Below, in pieces: positions 12,594-24,181 of a stretch of 64,000 bases of DNA (position 1 is its first letter; each line of letters starts with the position of its first letter). The notes beneath the pieces were generated by a model. It was not told the DNA's origin. It worked only from the letters and a program-made list of their open reading frames with translations, and did no database searches. The position numbers and the translations under genes are program-made. The DNA comes from Octopus sinensis (Eukaryota), in NCBI RefSeq assembly GCF_006345805.1, contig NC_042998.1, positions 197,284,001 to 197,348,000 on the forward strand. The letters are read 5' to 3'.

Positions 12594-15157
12594 AATAATA
12601 ATAATAATAATAATTGTGTACAGTGCTCAGGTGCACTACAACTCATCTAAAGTGTATATATAATCAGGTGTAGTTTCGGCGGATTTCGGAAAGCATGAGG
12701 GCCTTAAAGGATGCAGTGTCATGGCAGTCAACAACTGACGCAGGCAGTTTATTCCATGCTTCAGCGACTCTGAGCGTGAAAAAATGTTTCCGAAAGTCAT
12801 GGGAGCTGTGTTGCTTTCTGACTTTGTAGGCATGTCCACGTGTGTTAGACACATAGAGATCAAAAAGGTGTTCAGTGTTGTTGTTGGTAAGGTGGTTGAT
12901 AACTTTGTGGGTGTTTACCAAGTCCATCACCAGACGCCGGAGCTTCAGTGAATCCATGCCCAGGGAAACAAGGCGCTCAGAGTATGGTAGGTGTCTGATG
13001 GAGGGTATACGTTTGGTTGCACGTCTCTGGACAGATTCCAGGAGGTCAATGTTCTGAGCAAGATAGGGGTTCCAAACTGATGATGCGAATTCCAACTGTG
13101 GTCGTACCATAGCTGTATACAGTTTTAAATAGATGGCTGGAGAACGGCTAACAAAAGTCTTGCTGAGTGACGCCAAGACACCCTCGGCCTTCTTGACAAT
13201 TTTAGAGATATGCTTTGTCCAACGCAAATCACTGCTGACAGTGATGCCTAGGTCACGCTCGCAAGAGGATTTCTTGATATCAGTGTTGTGGAGGGAGTAT
13301 GTGGACGCAGGGTTTTTTCTCCCAAAATGCATGGTGGTACACTTGTCCACAGCCAGTTTCAGTTGCCAGTCTGTGATCCATTGCTACATTGTGTCTAGGG
13401 CTGATTGCAGGAAAGAGTTGTAGACATCAGGATCTGTCCTCTTGATTTCAAGGTACAGCTTGATGTCGTCTGCATATTTCAATACTGTGGCATTCTTTAA
13501 ATTGGCATCTATGTCATTAATGTATGCCACAAACAAGAAGGGACCAAGGACAGATCCCTGTGGTACACCCGATGACATCTCATATGGTGTAGAATGCTGT
13601 CCTAGAACTGTGACTACCTCCTTTCGGCTGAGAATGAAGGATTTCAACCAGTTAAAAAGGTCATCCCTCACACCCACTGCAGAGAGTTTCACCATAAGCC
13701 TTTTGTGTGGCACAGAGTTGAAAGCCTTAGCAAAGTCAAGGTAGACAACATCCACCCATGAGCCACTGTCAGTGATCTGAGTAATGTCCTCAAGGAACTT
13801 GACAAGCTGATCACTGCAGCTGGAGTTAGGGACAAATCCATATTGTGAGGGTCGGATGAGACTGTGAGAGCTCCAGAAGTTCCAGAGTGTTTCTCTGACA
13901 CACGATTCCATCAGTTTTGCAATACAGCTAGTGAGACTGACTGGGCGATAGTTGACAGGTGATGTGTGGTCGCTCTTTTTGAACAGAGGAATGACACTGG
14001 CAGTTTTCCACTGCTCCGGAGTAGCACCATTGTTGACAGTACTGGAAGAAAATAGAAAGCTGGTGTAAAAGGAAGTACCTGCCACGTTTGAGAAGCAGGT
14101 ATGTAACTCCATCGAGACCAGGGGAGGCATAGTTGCGCTTATTTTGAAGGTGACGTCGCAGCATTGCAGGTGTAAATTCCATAGTTGTTATGGAATTTGC
14201 TGTTAGTGATGGTGAAGATGGTACATTTTGACTTTCAACAGTGAATATGTTTGCATAGCACTCGGCAATGAGTTCTGCGCATTCCTTGGGGTCGTCAGTG
14301 ATCTGGTTTGTGTGAGGGTTGCGAAGAGGGCCCACTGGAGAGTGAGGTCTCTGCTTTGAATGCACATATTTCCAGAAAACCTTGCTGTCAGGATTGGCTG
14401 CTATGCACTGTTCAAATTCAAGCACTGCTTTTTTTGTCACTTGCTTGAGATGGTTGGAAGATTTATTCCGCTTCTTCCTGTTGGTGTCTGATTTATGCAA
14501 CTTGTATTCCCGTTCAGCAGTCCGACGTTCCTTCCTGGCAAGTCGGACCGCTGAAGTTTCCCAAATTGCCCTTTTGGGGCGGTTCTTCTTTTTCTGTTTA
14601 CGTGGCACTGATGCTGCACATGCTGCCCATATTGAGTCCAGGACACTCTGGAGTATAGTATTCACATCTCCAGAGTTGTAGAATTCATGCCAGTTTGGGT
14701 GCTGTAGTTCAGTGTGGTACAGGTTCCAATCTGCTCTCTTCCAATTGAAGGAAGCAGATTGGAGATGGTTCAGGTTTTTGTTGTTGCCCGCAAGAGCCAG
14801 ATTGGCGATGATCATAGCATGATCAGAGTCGCCTAGAGGTTCCTCCGTAGTGCAATTGATAACCGCTTCAGGAGTTGTGGTGAAGAGCAGGTCCAAGGTG
14901 TTGTCGCCTCTTGTTGGAGAGGTGACTACTTGTGACCAGTTTGAGTCCAGTACAAGCTCAACAAAATCGTTTGCACTCTGTGGCCAATGGAAGGTTTCCC
15001 AATTGATCTCAGTATGATTGAAATCACCTGCAATAAAAACATAAGTGGCTGTTTTCCTGGCAGCAGCTCGGAGGATATTGCAAAGCTGTGTGTCCTGATG
15101 GTAATTTGGGGAACGATAAACAACGCCAAGCAGGAGTGTTGACATGGTCATACGTAC
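12593..15157 (-). mobile_element. 5'-truncated CR1-clade LINE (endonuclease, RT, C-terminus; frameshifted)
   Basis: APE motifs VYRSP, GDFN, SDH; RT motifs NYRPVSL, YLDFAKAF, GVPQGSVLGP, YADD; split over three ORFs; (ATT)n tail. Confidence 0.92.
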
Positions 15158-15385
15158 GTAGAAGACATTTGCCCAAGGTGCCACGCAGTGGGACTGAACC
15201 CGGAACCATGTGGTTGGTAAGCAAGCTACTTACCACACAGCCACTCCTGCACCTAATGTTGAGGTTTTGTAATATTAACTGTGGCAGTTTATGGTAGCCA
15301 GCTGGTGGAACCATTAGCATGCAGGGCAAAATACTTAGCAGAATTTCGTTTGTCCTTATGTTCTGAGTTCAAATTCTGCTGTAGT

Positions 15386-17872
15386 TCATCATCATCATCA
15401 TCATCATTTAGCGTCCGTTTTCCATGCTAGCATGGGTTGGACGGTTCTACTGGGGTCTGTGAAGCCAGAAGGCTTCATCAGGCCCAGTCAACTCTGGCAG
15501 TGTTTCTACGGCTGGATGCCCTTCCTAACGCCAACCACTCCGTGAGTGTAGTGGGTGCTTTTACGTGCCACCCGCACTGGTGCCAGACAGAGCTGGCAAA
15601 CGGCCACGAACGGATGGTGCTTTTTATGTGCCACCGGCACGAGGGCCAGGCGAGGCTGGCAACGGACACGAAACGGGGCGGTGCTGGCAACGGTCGCGAA
15701 ACGGAAAGTTCTCTTACATGCCACCGGCACTGGTAACACATCTGCAATTTCCATTGATCGATTTCCATTGATCGATTTCGATTCTGATCCTCACTTGCCT
15801 CAATGGGTCTTCACAAGCAGAGTTTCGACATGCCACCGGCACTGGTAGCACATCCGCAATTTCCATTGATCGATTTCGATTCTGATCCTCACTTGCCTCA
15901 ACACGTCTTCACAAGTAGAGTTTTGTGTCCCAAGAAGGGAAGGTATGCATACGTAGGCTGGCTCCATCCCATGTAGAAGGCCACGGGTTGTGGACTCACT
16001 TGTCCTGCCGGGTCTTCTCGCGCACAGCACACTTCCAGAGGTCTCGGTCTCTAGTCATTTCCTCAGTGAGACCTAAAGTTCGAAGGTCGTGCTTCACCAC
16101 CTCGTCCCAGGTTTCCTGGGTCTGCCTCTTCCACAGGTTCCCTCAACCGCTAGGGTGTGGCACTTTTTCACACAACTATCTTCATCCATTCTCGCCACAT
16201 GACCATACCAGTGCAAACGTCTCTCTTGCACACCACAACTGATGCTTCTTAGGTCCAGCTTTTCTCTCAAGGTACTTACACTCTGCCGAGTGTGAGTACC
16301 GGCATTACACATCCATCGGAGCATACTGGCTTCATTTCTAGCGAGCTTACGCATATCCTCAGCAGTCACGGCCCATGTTTCACTGCCATGTAGCATGGCT
16401 GTTCGTACACACGCATCATAGTCTGCCTTTCACTCTGTGCGAGAGCCTTTTGTCACCAGCAGAGGTAAGAGCTCTCTGAACTTTGCCCAAGCTATTCTTA
16501 CTCTAGCAGTTACACTTTCAGCACACCCACCCCGCTGCTGACTTGGTCACCTAGGTAACGGAAACTATCAACTATTTCTAGTTTTTCTCCCTGGAAAGTG
16601 ACGGAAGTTGGTCTCAGAGCATTTTCAGTTGTTATTGTTCCTGAGCATCTGCCACATACAAAAACCATCTTCCTAGTTAGCCTTCCTTTGACATTGCTGC
16701 ATCTCTTATGTGTCCATAGCTTACACTTGGTGCATCTTATAGAGTTTCTACCTACACCTTTTCTACAGATCGAGCAGGGCCATCTACCTGAAGGTGTTTG
16801 TGATTTGTCTACCTTCCTACTGATTACGACTTTGGTTTTAGCTAGATTGACTCTGAGGCCTTCGATTCTAATCCTTGTTTCCACACCTGAAACTTCTCCT
16901 CCAGTTCTGATAGCGACTCAGCAATTAGAGCAAGGTCATCAGCATAGAGGAGCTCCCAAGGGCATCCTGTCTTGAATTCCTCCGTTATTGCCTGGAGGAC
17001 TATGATAAATAGGAGGGGGCTGAGTACTGAGCCTTGGTGGACCCCTACCTCTACCCGGAATTCTTCACTGTACTCATTTCCAACCCTCACCCTACTAGCG
17101 GCGTCCCTATACATGGCCCGCACAGCTCTCACTAACCATTCATCTATCCCTAGTTTTCTCATTGCCCACCAGATAAGGGATCGGGGGACCCTGTCGAAGG
17201 CTTTCTCCATGTCAACAAAAGCCAGGTACAGGGGCTTATCTTTGGCTAGGTATTTCTCCTGCAGCTGCCTTACCAGGAATATAGCATCAGTAGTACTTTT
17301 CCCTGGCACAAACCCAACTGCATCTCATCTAAACTAACTCTCTCTCTAATTAGTTGGGCTATGACCCTCTCCGTAACCTTCATCACCTGGTCCAACAGCT
17401 TGATACCTCTGTAGTTATTTGTATCTAGGGCATCACCTTTACCTTTGTAGCAGTTGACTATTATACTGCTACACCAGTCATTGGGTATGACCCCTTTGTG
17501 TATCACCTGATTAACTATATGGGTGACTAGGCTTAGCCGACACTACCAGACATTTTGAGCATCTCTGCAGTGATTCCTGATGGGCCTGGGGCTTTCCCTG
17601 TCTTCATGCTTCTAATTGCCTTAGCTACCACAGAACTATCAACTCGGATAGCTGGTCCCTCTGTTGGGTCAACATTCGGCAGACTCTCTTATCCCATTCA
17701 TTTTCTTCATTCAGCAACCTTTCATAGTGGCATCTCCAAACCTCTCTCTTCGCATCCTCATTTAGCGCAAGTGAACCATCTTCCATGCGAACACACTTCT
17801 CTCCTACCACATCACGATTCTCTCTCAAACACTGTCTTGCAACAAAACACCTCCAGTCTTTTGTCCTCACGG
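15386..17872 (-). mobile_element. 5'-truncated RTE-clade LINE with PHD-like zinc finger and long modular 3' UTR
   Basis: NYRGIKLL, FVDMEKAFDRV, GVHQGSVLSPLLF, YADD, LHGSETW, RRLHWYGHV; (GAT)n tail; inserted into a SINE B whose parts lie at 15290-15385 and 17930-18050. Confidence 0.92.
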
Positions 17873-18039
17873 CACAGAACATTGGCAAATTCACAGAACA
17901 TTGGCAAATTCACAGAACATTGGCAAATTTTGCCTTTTATCCTTTCAGGATGGATAAAATAAAAGTACCAGTTGCATACTGAGGTCGATGTGATCAACTT
18001 GTCTGGTCCCCAGAAATTGCTGGCCTTGTGCCAAAATTC

Positions 18040-18378
18040 GAAACCAGTGCCAGCCCCGACTCGATTGGCTTCTGTGCCGGTGGCACATAAAAACGTGGCC
18101 GATGCCAGTGCTGCCTCGACTGGCTTCTGTGCCGGTGGCACGTTAAAAGCACCAACCGATCGTGGCCGATGCCAGACTCCCCTGGCACCTGTGCAGGTGG
18201 CACGTAAAAAGCACCCACTACACTTGCGGAGTGGTTGGCGTTAGGAAGGGCATCCAGCTGTAGAAACACTGCCAGATCAGACTGGAGCCTGGTGCAGCCT
18301 CCTGGCTTCCCAGACCCTGGTCGAACCGTCCAACCTGTGCTAGTGCGGAAAACGGACATTAAACGATGATGATGATGA
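18040..18378 (+). mobile_element. RTE 3' UTR fragment
   Basis: Several GTGCCGGTGGCAC modules and (GAT)n tail. Confidence 0.8.
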
Positions 18379-18770
18379 ATATTAACTGTGACAGTGATGT
18401 AATAGTTCAAGTGGTATGAGTTCAAACCTTTGATACCTGAGTGATCACGGGCCTCATTTTGTGTCAGTAAAGCAAGAAAGCTATCCCTATTGATTGTTGA
18501 GCTGTCAGTGGCCGGTCAAGCCATTTGACTTTAAAAAATGTGCCTTAAAATTATTCAAACTGTAGCAGCCATCAAAGCCATTCTAGAATTGAATAACAGT
18601 GTATAGTGTTGCCCATTCACTGCACACTCTGTGATCCGTCCCTGCATACCAGAATGTGCAATATAATTCGTTGGCAGGAAGTGACATTTTATATCTACAA
18701 CAGTGAATATATCTCGTTTTTGGATTTGGTTTGCAAGATTCTTTATATGAGTTCGTGTGTTGAAGCATAT

Positions 18771-19039
18771 TCTGTTGTGTATGGGGAAAGTCATTTTCTT
18801 TTACTGCCTTATAATGTAACACACTCACCGGTAAACTTCCCACTTTTTTCTTATTTTTATTGTCCTAAAATTTTTGTTGCGTCTTGCAACCTTTTCAATA
18901 GAGAGTCAAAACTATTGAAAAGGTTGCAAGACGCAACGAAAATTTTAGGACAATAAAAATAAGAAATAAGTGGAAATTTTACAGGTGAGTGTGTTACATT
19001 ATAAGGCAGTAAAAGAAAATGACTCTCCCCAGACACAAC
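18771..19039. repeat. long inverted repeat (foldback), ~130-bp arms, 10-nt loop
   Basis: 18771-18901 pairs with 18912-19039; loop AGAGTCAAAA. Confidence 0.9.
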
Positions 19040-19193
19040 AAGTGAATATATCATTGTGATTACTCGTTTGAATAATCTGCACTGCCTTGGATCCGTCCGA
19101 TCAGAGCTGAACACAAGTTACACAATAAACCATAAGAAACTCTAATCTCATTCTCGTTGCAAATCACCTCCTGTGATTTTCATATATCTTGTA

Positions 19194-19440
19194 CTAGCAG
19201 TATCGCCTGGCATTGCTCGGGTTTGTTTTCGACCCTTTAGAATTGGAATTTTTGAAAAGTAAAAATTTTGCATTATGTAGCTTGTTATTCTCTTTAAGTG
19301 AACATTTTCCTGGTTGAAATACACCGAAAAATGATGACACAGCAGTCAAAAATAGGGATTTTCATAGAAAAAGAGTACCTTTTTGATGTAAATAATTTTT
19401 GGTGTTAACATGGTCTGATTTGAATTTTTTCTTCTATGGA
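19194..19440 (-). mobile_element. Helitron 3' end fragment
   Basis: Minus strand ends CCCGAGCAATGCCAGG...CTAG|T, as in the copies at 24812 and 28775. Confidence 0.6.
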
Positions 19441-20099
19441 AGGAAGAGCAAGGCTTCTTCTATCGTACTCTCAATTTTGGTCAACTTGTGCCGCAGGGTC
19501 TCAGAGGAGATAGTGTTAGTTGAAGGCTACCAAACCTGCCATACACAGACAACTTCAGCTTTATATATTTTGTATTATCAAAGGAGAATGTAAGCAATGA
19601 TAAAATTTCGCAGTTGTGTCTTTTGGAAAGAAAGATTGGATGAAGTCCTTTTTGTGGTGAGGCAGAACGGGTTTCAATATACTATGGCTCACAGAAGAGC
19701 AAGGATCCTTATAGCAGAGCCAGTGGGCTGTAGAATGTAACTGAGTGAAAGATTTAATCAAGTAAAAGATTTAAGACTGAATATTTAAATACCTAGACAG
19801 AAAAGTGAAGAGATTTAGAAACTTAATTTCAAAAGAGACAAGTTTCTCCAATAAAATTGTCAAAATTTCCATCAACTGTTGAACAAGATTTGCCTCCCTT
19901 ACATCGATACCCGATTACTTATTCTTGACATAAGGTAAGAAAGATCAAATAAAATAGAGTACTATAGAGATAAAATAAAACCGAGAAACTAAAATACAAC
20001 AGAATATCTATTGAAATACACATTAAGGTTTTTTTCAGTTTCTTTAGGTCGTTTTTGTGGTGTTTTATATACCTTTACCGTTGTTAAGATAGATTTTTA

Positions 20100-20935
20100 A
20101 AATAATAATAATAATGAAATTATTGTATACAGGAGCAGGAGTGGCTGTGTGGTAAGTAGCTTGCTTACCAACCACATGGTTCCGGATTCAGTCCCACTGC
20201 GTGGGCAAGTGTCTTCTGCTATAGCCCCGGGCCGACCAAAGCCTTGTGAGTGGATTTGGTAGATGGAAACTGAAAGAAGCCTGTTGTATATATATATGTG
20301 TGTGTGTGTGTATGTTTGTGTCTGTGTTAGTCTCCCTAGCATTGCTTGACAACCGATGTTGTCACTTAGCGGTTCGGCAAAAGAGACCGATAGAATAAGT
20401 ACTGGGCTTACAAAGAATAAGTCCCGGGGTCGATTTGCTCGACTAAAGGTGGTGCTCCAGCATGGCCGCAGTCAAATGACTGAAACAAGTAAAAGAGTGT
20501 TCAGGTGCACCACAACTTGTCAAAAGTGCGTATAAAGCATATGCAGTAATGTACAAATGTCTGGGAAGTGAAAAGTGTATGAGTCAGATACATGCTTGCG
20601 TGTGTATGGAGGGGAGAAAATCAGGTGTAGTGCTGGTGAATCTCAGGAAGCATGGAAGTTTTGAAGGATGCTGTGCTCCGACAACTAACAACTGATGCCG
20701 GCAGTTTGTTCCATGCTTCAGCAACTCTTAGCGTGAAAAAATGTTCCCGAAAGTCATGGAAGGAGCTGTGCTGTTTTCTGACTTTGTAAACATGTCCACT
20801 GGTGTTAGACAGGTGGAGTTTGAAAAGGTGCTCAGAGTTATTGTTAGTAAGATGGTTAATAATTTTATGGATGTCTGCCAAGTCAGCTGCCAGATGTCGG
20901 AGTTTCAATGTATCCATGCCCAGAGAAGTAAGGTT
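20100..20935 (-). mobile_element. CR1 3' fragment interrupted by a + strand SINE A (20130-20498)
   Basis: TGTATACAG|SINE A|TGTTCAGGTGCACC; ORF 20621-20917 is the CR1 C-terminus. Confidence 0.8.
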
Positions 20936-21369
20936 TGCTTTCGTGAATTTTATCCTTAAATGTCTTTTTGTTGTGTGCTCTGTAGAAATGAAATTAATAG
21001 TGTTCGGGACTTAATAATTTAAGTTAAAATAATCTAAGCTGTGACTCAGCATACAGTTTTATCCTACTGGTCTTCCACTTAAAGATATGCTGCACACTGT
21101 CCTGTTTCGTTTCTCAACGTCTTACATCATCTGAAGTGTTGCAAAGTGGAATAACAATTTTTGAATTTCTGTGAAAAGTAAATAAGCATGTTAATATTTT
21201 GTTTATGAAGATTATAAAAATTAAAGAAACTTTACTTGATTGGAGTAGAGGAGTTTATTGTGCTTTGTGTACAAAGATTTTCGAGGGGTCAATAACGTCT
21301 GCTCCTGATAAAAATATCGTCGTTAACAAATACTTTAAAAATACATATTCAATTAAATAAAATTTCGAT

Positions 21370-21646
21370 ATTCGGCCGCCAGCTTCATCTGGTCTCTGTG
21401 CCGGTGGCACATAAAAAGCACCGTCCGATCGTGGGTGGCTGTTTGCCAGCCTCGTCTGGCACCTGTGCTGGTGGCACGTAAAAAGCACCCACTACACTCA
21501 CGGAGTGGTTGGCATTAGGAAGGGCATCCAGCTGTAGAAACACTGCCAGATCAGACTGGGCCTGGTGCAGCCTTCTGGATTCCCAGACCCCAGTTGAACC
21601 GTCCAACCCATGCTAGCATGGAAAGCGGATGTTAAACGATGATGAT
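21370..21646 (+). mobile_element. RTE 3' UTR fragment
   Basis: Modules, palindrome and tail. Confidence 0.8.
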
Positions 21647-21964
21647 ATAGGCCCCAAAATCTCATTCATTCAGGATATTTTATTTAAAGCATGACAGTTG
21701 TGTGTGATGGTGCCACCAAGAAAGTTTACACCCTTTCATTGCAGTGGTTTCTCAAACAAACCACAGCTTCATTCAACAGAATGCCTTTATAAGTATCACA
21801 GGGAAGAATATATGTTTGGCGTTTTGGAGTTTTGTTGGAGACCAGTTTTCTTGGAAATTGTGCTATAGCTTTCTTATTACTTTATGAATTTTCTTAAAAT
21901 TCTTCTTGATTTTGTAAAAGCAAGTAGAGCTACAAATGAGATAATTTTATACTGAACAGCACTC

Positions 21965-22308
21965 AACATCATCATCATCGTTTAACGTCCGCTTTCCATG
22001 CTAGCATGGGTTGGACGATTTTGACTGAGGGCTGGCGAACCAGATGGCTGGACCAGGCTCCAATCTTGATCTGGCAGAGTTCCTACAGCTGGATGCCCTT
22101 CCTAATGCCAACCACTCCAAGAGTGTAGTGGGTGCTTTTTACGTGCCACTGGCATGGGGGCCAGTCAGGTGGTACTGGCAATGACCTTGCTCGAATCTTT
22201 TTACACATGCCACTGGCACAGGTGCCAGTAAGGTGACATTGGTAACGATCACGCTCGAATGGTGCCCTTTTACGTGCCACCGGCACGGAAGCCAGTTGGC
22301 TGCTCTGA
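21965..22308 (-). mobile_element. RTE 3' UTR fragment
   Basis: (CAT)n followed by the reverse complement of the RTE 3' end. Confidence 0.8.
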
Positions 22309-22712
22309 GGGAGAATATATTTTGCTGTTACATAAAGATCTGCCATTTGCATCTCTTTGTAAATAAAACTTACCTTCTCTGAATTACTAAACTCTCCCCT
22401 AATCCATCTGATATACCAAGTCTTTTTTCCACTGACCAAATCCCAAATTAAACCGTTTGCTCAATCTTTTCTTCCATGCACTTGGAACATAATGAAACCA
22501 ACTTCTTGTCCAGATTCAGTTTTCCAAGACGGCTCTACAGGTTTCAGATTGATAGGAGATATTAAATCAGATAATCTCAGATTTCAGTCAAGTATTTCAA
22601 GTTATAATCAATAATGTTCTCTTATGTGAAAAATTGAAGTCTGATGGAGAAATAGTTAATCCCATATCGATGAACACAATAAAAGTAATATTCTCTATAT
22701 TTTCTTTTTCAG

Positions 22713-22789
22713 CAGAAAATTTCGGCTGCTCCTCCTCAGTATTATAACCTGTTCGTGTCAAAAAAGTTTAATGCTTATCGGAGGCAGAG
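22713..22789 (+). CDS. exon of the E/K-rich gene (QKISAAPPQYYNLFVSKKFNAYRRQ)
   Basis: Strong polypyrimidine acceptor (NAGNAG), donor GAG|GTGGGT; phase 0 to 2. Confidence 0.6.
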
Positions 22790-23081
22790 GTGGGTGATAT
22801 TTCAAGATCTTGTATTTGATATGATTTTTGTAGTACCTGTTGACCAGTTGTTGACAGATAGTGTGTAAATGTTAATTTCATAGATAGATAGGGTGCAGAT
22901 GTTTACTATCTATATAGTAAACATCTATACCCTATCTATCTATCTATGTAGATGTTGACTTTATAGATAGACACGGTGAGTAGCTGTTGATTTTATGCAT
23001 GTGTGGTGTGTATAGACGTTAACTGTATAGAGAGATAGTGTGTAGATGTTGATAGTATATTGATGTAGACTATATAGGCAT

Positions 23082-23312
23082 ATAGGCGAGCTGGCAGAGA
23101 TGTTAGCACGCCGGGGGAAGTACTTCGCGGTATTTCGCCCGTTGCTATGTTCTGAGTTCGAATTCCGCCGAGGTTGACTTTGCCTTTCATCCTTTCGGGG
23201 TCGATAAATTAAGTACCAGTTACACACTGGGGTCGATGTAATCGACTTAACCCGTTCGTCTGTCCTTGTTTGTCCACTCTGTGTTTAGCCCTTTGTGGGT
23301 AGTAAAGAAACA
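23082..23312 (+). mobile_element. SINE family B
   Basis: Full-length copy. Confidence 0.85.
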
Positions 23313-23767
23313 TATATAGGCATATGTTGATAAGATACATAGTGTCTGCATGTTGAGAGCATGGATCAATAAATAGATGATGTGTAGATGTTAGCTGAAT
23401 AAGATTTGAAACTGACATATCTTGTTAGCTTCAAACTATCCTTTGTGATTATGTGGTGGTCCATGACATTAAAGTGATTAATATTTAATTAGCATGCATT
23501 ATTTTTCTTTCATTGTTATGCATCACAGTTCTGTAGGATGGTTCAAGAAATTAAATAACTGAAACAGTAAATTGGATTGAATATCAGATTACAGACTTAG
23601 AGAAAGTTGGGGTAAAGATTGTTTGCCAACATAACATGGCAGTCCTGGTTTAGGACGAATGTTGCTGTAATTTAGCCCCAGGAGACATCATCTCCAGCTG
23701 GCTAAACGACACGATCTGTGTTCTTATATTTTCAAGCAAGGGAATGTAGCATCCCCACTCAGCTCAA

Positions 23768-23828
23768 AACAATATCCGGGTACCGCTATTTCTGGGTTAT
23801 TTCCCTTCATCAGCACAGAATAATTGTT
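23768..23828 (-). ncRNA. type I hammerhead ribozyme motif (degenerate)
   Basis: CTGATGA-aGGGaaataaCCCa-GAAA-tagcg-GTA; stem I AACAATTATTCTGTG pairs with CCCGGATATTGTT; mismatches in stems I and III. Confidence 0.55.
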
Positions 23829-24120
23829 TGGCTATAGGTGGCGCTGCCAAACTCCTGTTCAAAATATATAGTTTTCAAAGTGACAACTAGTCACTGATCT
23901 ATAAATTAGAAAATTACTATTTTTAAACATCACAACGAGAGATGTTCACCAACAGTACTTTGGAGTAAAGATTGTTTGCCAACATAACATGTTAGTCCTG
24001 GTTTAGGACGAATGTTACTGTAATTTAGCCACAGGAGACATCATCTCCAGCTGGCTATATGACACGATCTGTGTCCTTATATTTTCGAACAAGGGAATCT
24101 AGCACCCCAACTCAGCTCAA

Positions 24121-24181
24121 AACAATATCCGTATATCGTGATTTTTAGGTTATTTCCCTTCATCAGCACAGAATAATTGTT
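24121..24181 (-). ncRNA. type I hammerhead ribozyme motif (degenerate, G12 to A)
   Basis: CTGATGA-aGGGaaataaCCTa-AAAA-tcacg-ATA-tacggatattgtt; second copy of the above with GAAA mutated. Confidence 0.45.

Noticed and set aside
22715-22745. CTGAGGA-GG..CC-GAAA hammerhead-like string on the minus strand
   Set aside because: No stem I or III; lies in a coding exon; chance match
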